NCBI GenBank assembly: GCA_001179505.1
Contig: CDMY01000463.1
Location: 7,688 to 71,687 of the forward strand
Origin: Vitrella brassicaformis CCMP3155
Lineage: Eukaryota > Protista > Chromerida
Direction: 5' to 3'
Length of the DNA: 64,000 nucleotides
Part shown: piece after piece, positions 59,885-64,000 of the stretch
Position numbering within the stretch: position 1 is the first letter of the stretch
Layout: the number at the start of each line of letters is the position of its first letter
The notes under the pieces: model-generated
Seen by the model: only the letters and a program-made list of their open reading frames with translations
Databases searched by the model: none
What the model was told of the DNA's origin: nothing
Made by a program: the position numbers and the translations under genes

Positions 59885-62800
59885 CCCGTCTGTCTGCCTG
59901 CCTGCCTGCCTGCCTGCAGCAGCTGTTTTTGAACTCTCTCCCCTCTCTCGTAGGTACGTATGCGTGGCCCCCTCCGTCCATCAGTCCATCCGTCCATCCG
60001 TCCATCCATCTGGTGCCGCCTGTGTATGTCTATGTAATCGGATAGATGAACGCCTTTATATATCGCTGTGGTCCGTCCGTGTGCCTGATTGACTGCGATT
60101 TGGTTGGTGTTTTCTTCCTTCGTGTGTGCCTCTGCCTGCCTGCAGGCATGCATGTCGCATGAAGAGCTGTCGGTCTATGCGATGCCTGCATGCCTGCATT
60201 CCTGCATACGTACGGGACACACATACGTACACAATGCCATTTGTTAACTTAACAGGGAGGGCGCTGATGATCTCGGGGGTTGGCGGGGCGGGATGGTCTG
60301 GTCACTCACTGCTGTCTTTATTTATACTCCTATCTACAAGCTGGCTGGCTGGCGGGCTGGCTGGCTTGCGACGGATTGACGGACGAAGTGAGGGTGGGGG
60401 ATGGAGGGAGGGCTCGAATGAATAGCTTTCAACAGCCAAAGGGCTTCCACACCCATGCAGCCATTCATTCTTGATTGATTGCGCACTGCATGGTTGGCAC
60501 GTCACGATGTGCGTGTGCCCGGCATTGCACGACATTCATTCGCTGTACGGCAGGGCGAGTGTGCGAGTGATTATTCGATTGATTATTCGTTGATAGCGGC
60601 CTTTTGTGGTTTACTAACTACCCACCATAGCGCTCCTTTCCTTGCTTGTTTGCCGTCAATGGTCTTTTTCTGGCGGGCGGGGCGGCGGGGAAGAGACGGA
60701 GGGACAGATTGACAGACGGCTTGCTGATTGCTGAGGGGAGTGGAGTCGAGTCCAGTGTAGTGTATATCATCGGGATGTTCTAAGTGTCTTCCTGCCTGTC
60801 CGTCTGTCTCTGTCGTTTTGATCGGTCTTTTTCTACTGTAAGTAACCATCGCTCTCGTGCGTGTGGCCACCCACCCACCACCCACCACCGCCAATCTCAC
60901 TTCTTGCAAGGAGTCAGTCGAATTGCGCTCAGACGTTCGGATGGACGTCATTGAGGGGGGGGGAGAGGAGTAGCGTACTACCTGTTGCCTCCCTGCCTAC
61001 CTGACTGCCTGCCTGTCGGATGTCCACTCATGTGTACGGCTGCCTGCCTGCCTGTCTGTGTGCCTGGTTCTTACTCCCACCTGAGGGTCTATCTCATTCA
61101 GCTACGCGTCACACTCGCGCGCCATAGTCACTCACAGCCGGCCAGCCAGTGCATACGAGTGTTTGTTGCTGAGCCACACACACACACACACACACACACT
61201 GAGGAGGATTCCTTCCTGGGCGGTCTGTCTGTTGAGCGGTAGGGAGGGGCGGTGGGGAGGGAGGGTATAGGTAGTGCGCTATTTTTCTCATGCCGTGAGC
61301 CAGTCAGTCGACTAAGTACTCAATCATACGGATGGATGGATGGGCCAGTCACTGCATACGCATACGTACGACCTTCCCAGTTCAGTTGGATGGGTTTGTG
61401 TGTGCATACGATGCGTAGATGTTTTTTCATATCAGTCGGCCGGGCCGGCCAGCACACAGAGAGAGGAGTTTTCCCTCGGTTCTCCCAACGCAACTGCCTG
61501 CCTACATCCATCCATCCATCCATGCATAGAGACCTCTCCTGACTGTCCACTCACTCACCGATACACACACACACACCCCTCTTCAGTATACACACCTGAC
61601 CTGCATGCGTGTGGCTGAGTGTCCTATTCTGATGTGCTGCTGCCGGGCCGGCTACATGTGTGTGTGTGTGTCCCCGCGTGTGTCTGCATGTTTTCTTCAT
61701 ACAAAGACAGCAACCATCGCCATCCATCCACCATTGCCCTAGTCCCTGATCCATCCATCCACCCGCCACTCACTCTCCTACTCACTGACTCACTGCCCCC
61801 CAACAAAGTATTATTATGCGCATGAGAATACGTACGCTGACTGACTGACTGACTGAATGGCTGAATGGCTGAAGGAAAGGCAGAGGAAAGACAAAACGAG
61901 ATGAGACGAAGCGAGGCATTTACCCACTCACTGCCTACATGTGCGACGTTTTCCATCCACTGACTGCTACACACGCCACATGCACCGCACCACCATGCAG
62001 TAACTACACCGTACCGAACCACCACAACGCCGCGGCTATCTGGCCACCTGCCTACCTACCTGTGTGTCCTGTCCGCCTGTCTGCCCACTTCTGTCTGTCT
62101 GCATCTCTGGCTGCTGCTGTCGGCTGCTGGCTGTTGGCACGGGTGGGTCGATGGTTGCGTTGTCTGTTCTTTTTCCGCCCTACTCTCTGCCCCCATTGGT
62201 TGCTTTTGACTCCCTGCCTCCCACACACACACGTAGGTACCTTACATACCCACACACACCCCCACACACGCACACACCTGTCAGTTTTTCCCTGTCCAAT
62301 TTTGACCTGACTGGCCCGCAATCGGTCCCCTCTCTTTCCTCTCCCTGGCTGGCTGCACTCACTCTGCTGGCTGTCTGTCTGTCCATCCCTTGATGCTTTC
62401 GTGCAAAGGGTGTTTTGCCCATCCATCCCGCCCTCCTGGTTCGTACTCGTTCGGCCCTACTGTCGTCTACCTATCTAGCTGCCTGTAGCTCTAGCTCTGT
62501 CTGCCACGGCTTCCCTGCCTGTCTCTCGCCCGCCTTCTTGTCGCTCTCTTTGTCTGTCGCCCGTCGGCCGGTCATGGATGATATGCACAAGCATCCTGAA
62601 TTTTCTTTCCACACGGTGTGCTTGACATACAGAGACAGACAGACAGACAGACGGACAGTGGGTGTGTGCATGGGTGCCCATCAGTCGCATGTCGGTCGTC
62701 GGATGGCGTCTTTTCTCAACCTCTCCCCGGCCCCGCCCCGCCCTGTTGAGGCTGCTGGTTCGCGTGCATCTGGCTGGACACAGAGAGAGATAGGGAGAGA

Positions 62801-64000
62801 TAGGTAGAGGAGACAGACAGACGAGTAGGCGTGTTGGTTGTATTGGCGTAGGCGTCGTGTGTCCTTTGATGTGATTGATGTATGCTATGGTGTGTGTGCT
62901 CGAATGAGAGCATGTCGCTGGGCGGGTGGCTGAGTCGATGGGTGGATGGATGGAGAGACTGGTTGTCGGCATCACTCCCTGGCTCTGGGCTCTTGCTGCT
63001 GCTGTTGCTGCCGGTGTTGCTGCTGTCGCTGCTCGTTGCTGCTGGTGCTGGTGCTGCTCGCTCTCTCTCGCCCTCTCTCTCGTGGACAGACAGACGGCAG
63101 GCAGACAGACAAACGGGCAGATAGACAGACAGACGGGCAGGCAGGGAGGCAGGCCCTCAACAAGCAAACACGTGGCAATGGATTATCGCATGGTGTGGAT
63201 GGATGAAAGACCAACACACACACAGACAAGTACAAGGACCACCGAGCCGTACGTAATTATCAATTTGATCCGTATACAAACAATGTCGGCGCATTTCACA
63301 CTCTGTATACAAAATTGTCCTAAGCAGTACGTGCCAGGCCCACGTGCAGGCAGGGGCCGTCCAGAGCAACACAGTCGATCGGATGAATCAAAATAAGATA
63401 GTCCTCTGCCTGTGAGACGCCTTTGCACTTCTTGAACGAGAGGGATGCGGCCAGCGGCTTCCGTCATCGACGATGGTGCTGGTCTTGCTTGTCCCTCTGC
63501 AGCGAACAGTGGGCAGCAAGCGTAGGGAAACAGCCGGTTGTGTCGGTCACGGCACTCCTCTCCTCGAACTCGTCTGCCCTCACGCCGATCTACGTATACA
63601 GCCCAGATCTCCCCCAAGGTCGCAGATGCTGCAAGCTCTGCGGACACCCAGATCTCCCAGCTCCTGACGAGGCACACACGATACAGGGAGATGTGCGTGT
63701 CTGTAATCATTCATGGGGAGAAACTGTCATTAACCGTAACACTCGTCTGTGTGTCCGTGATACTCATACAAATACACTCCCATCAGCACGCAGAGTCAAA
63801 CAGGCTCAAGGGGAGGAGGGATCAATCCCCGCCCCATCAGCACACCCCAGTCCCGCAAACCCTCCCCTCCCTCCCCCACGCAGACAGAAGCTAGTCGCAC
63901 GCGCGAGGGCGATAGACAAGCGAGAGCGAATCCATCCAGACACATGACTGAACCCCCGACCCTTCCACCCCTCCTTCTCCAACAGCGCATGAGCCATGTG
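58100..64000. repeat. Long microsatellite-rich, apparently non-coding stretch
   Basis: Dense (CA)n, (TG)n, (GGAT)n, (GCCA)n, (GACA)n and (CT)n tracts; no convincing protein motif. Confidence 0.6.

Noticed and set aside
58174-63997. Dozens of 60-170 aa ORFs rich in CV, HT, DRQT, SIHP and MDGW
   Set aside because: They are translations of (TG)n, (CA)n, (GACA)n, (CCAT)n and (GGAT)n microsatellites.

Overview
Intron-dense, GC-rich eukaryotic nuclear DNA. The introns are short and filled with (CA)n/(TG)n, (GACA)n and (CCAT)n microsatellites; this style and the gene families resemble a chromerid alveolate such as Vitrella (inference only). Most entries in the ORF track are single exons or microsatellite/antisense noise, so gene models were assembled by eye from GT-AG boundaries and outer coordinates are approximate. 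Conserved genes: the 5' end of an SMC-family ATPase (missed by the ORF track), a phytol/farnesol-kinase-like gene, an MSS116/RH25-26-31-type DEAD-box helicase, PIG-M, NPL4, a 2OG-Fe(II) dioxygenase, dolichol kinase, an NYN/LabA-type ribonuclease, a phospholipase D with lesions at both HKD motifs, an SCFD2/MIP3-like Sec1 protein and an ISP-like PH-fold protein. Accessory content: two paralogues of a lineage-specific F-box-like family (one pseudogenised, with different intron sets), a Ty1/Copia integrase relic, a decayed tandem duplication, a secreted protein with seven helical repeats, and a probable intron-containing TnpB/Fanzor2-like remnant. Best second-look items: (1) the Fanzor-like relic; (2) polarised CA-rich 5' / TG-rich 3' intron ends that could form pre-mRNA stems; (3) an exact 28-bp element shared by two divergent promoters 21 kb apart; (4) the damaged PLD. 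There is one 300-N assembly gap. I saw no rRNA, tRNA or CRISPR array.
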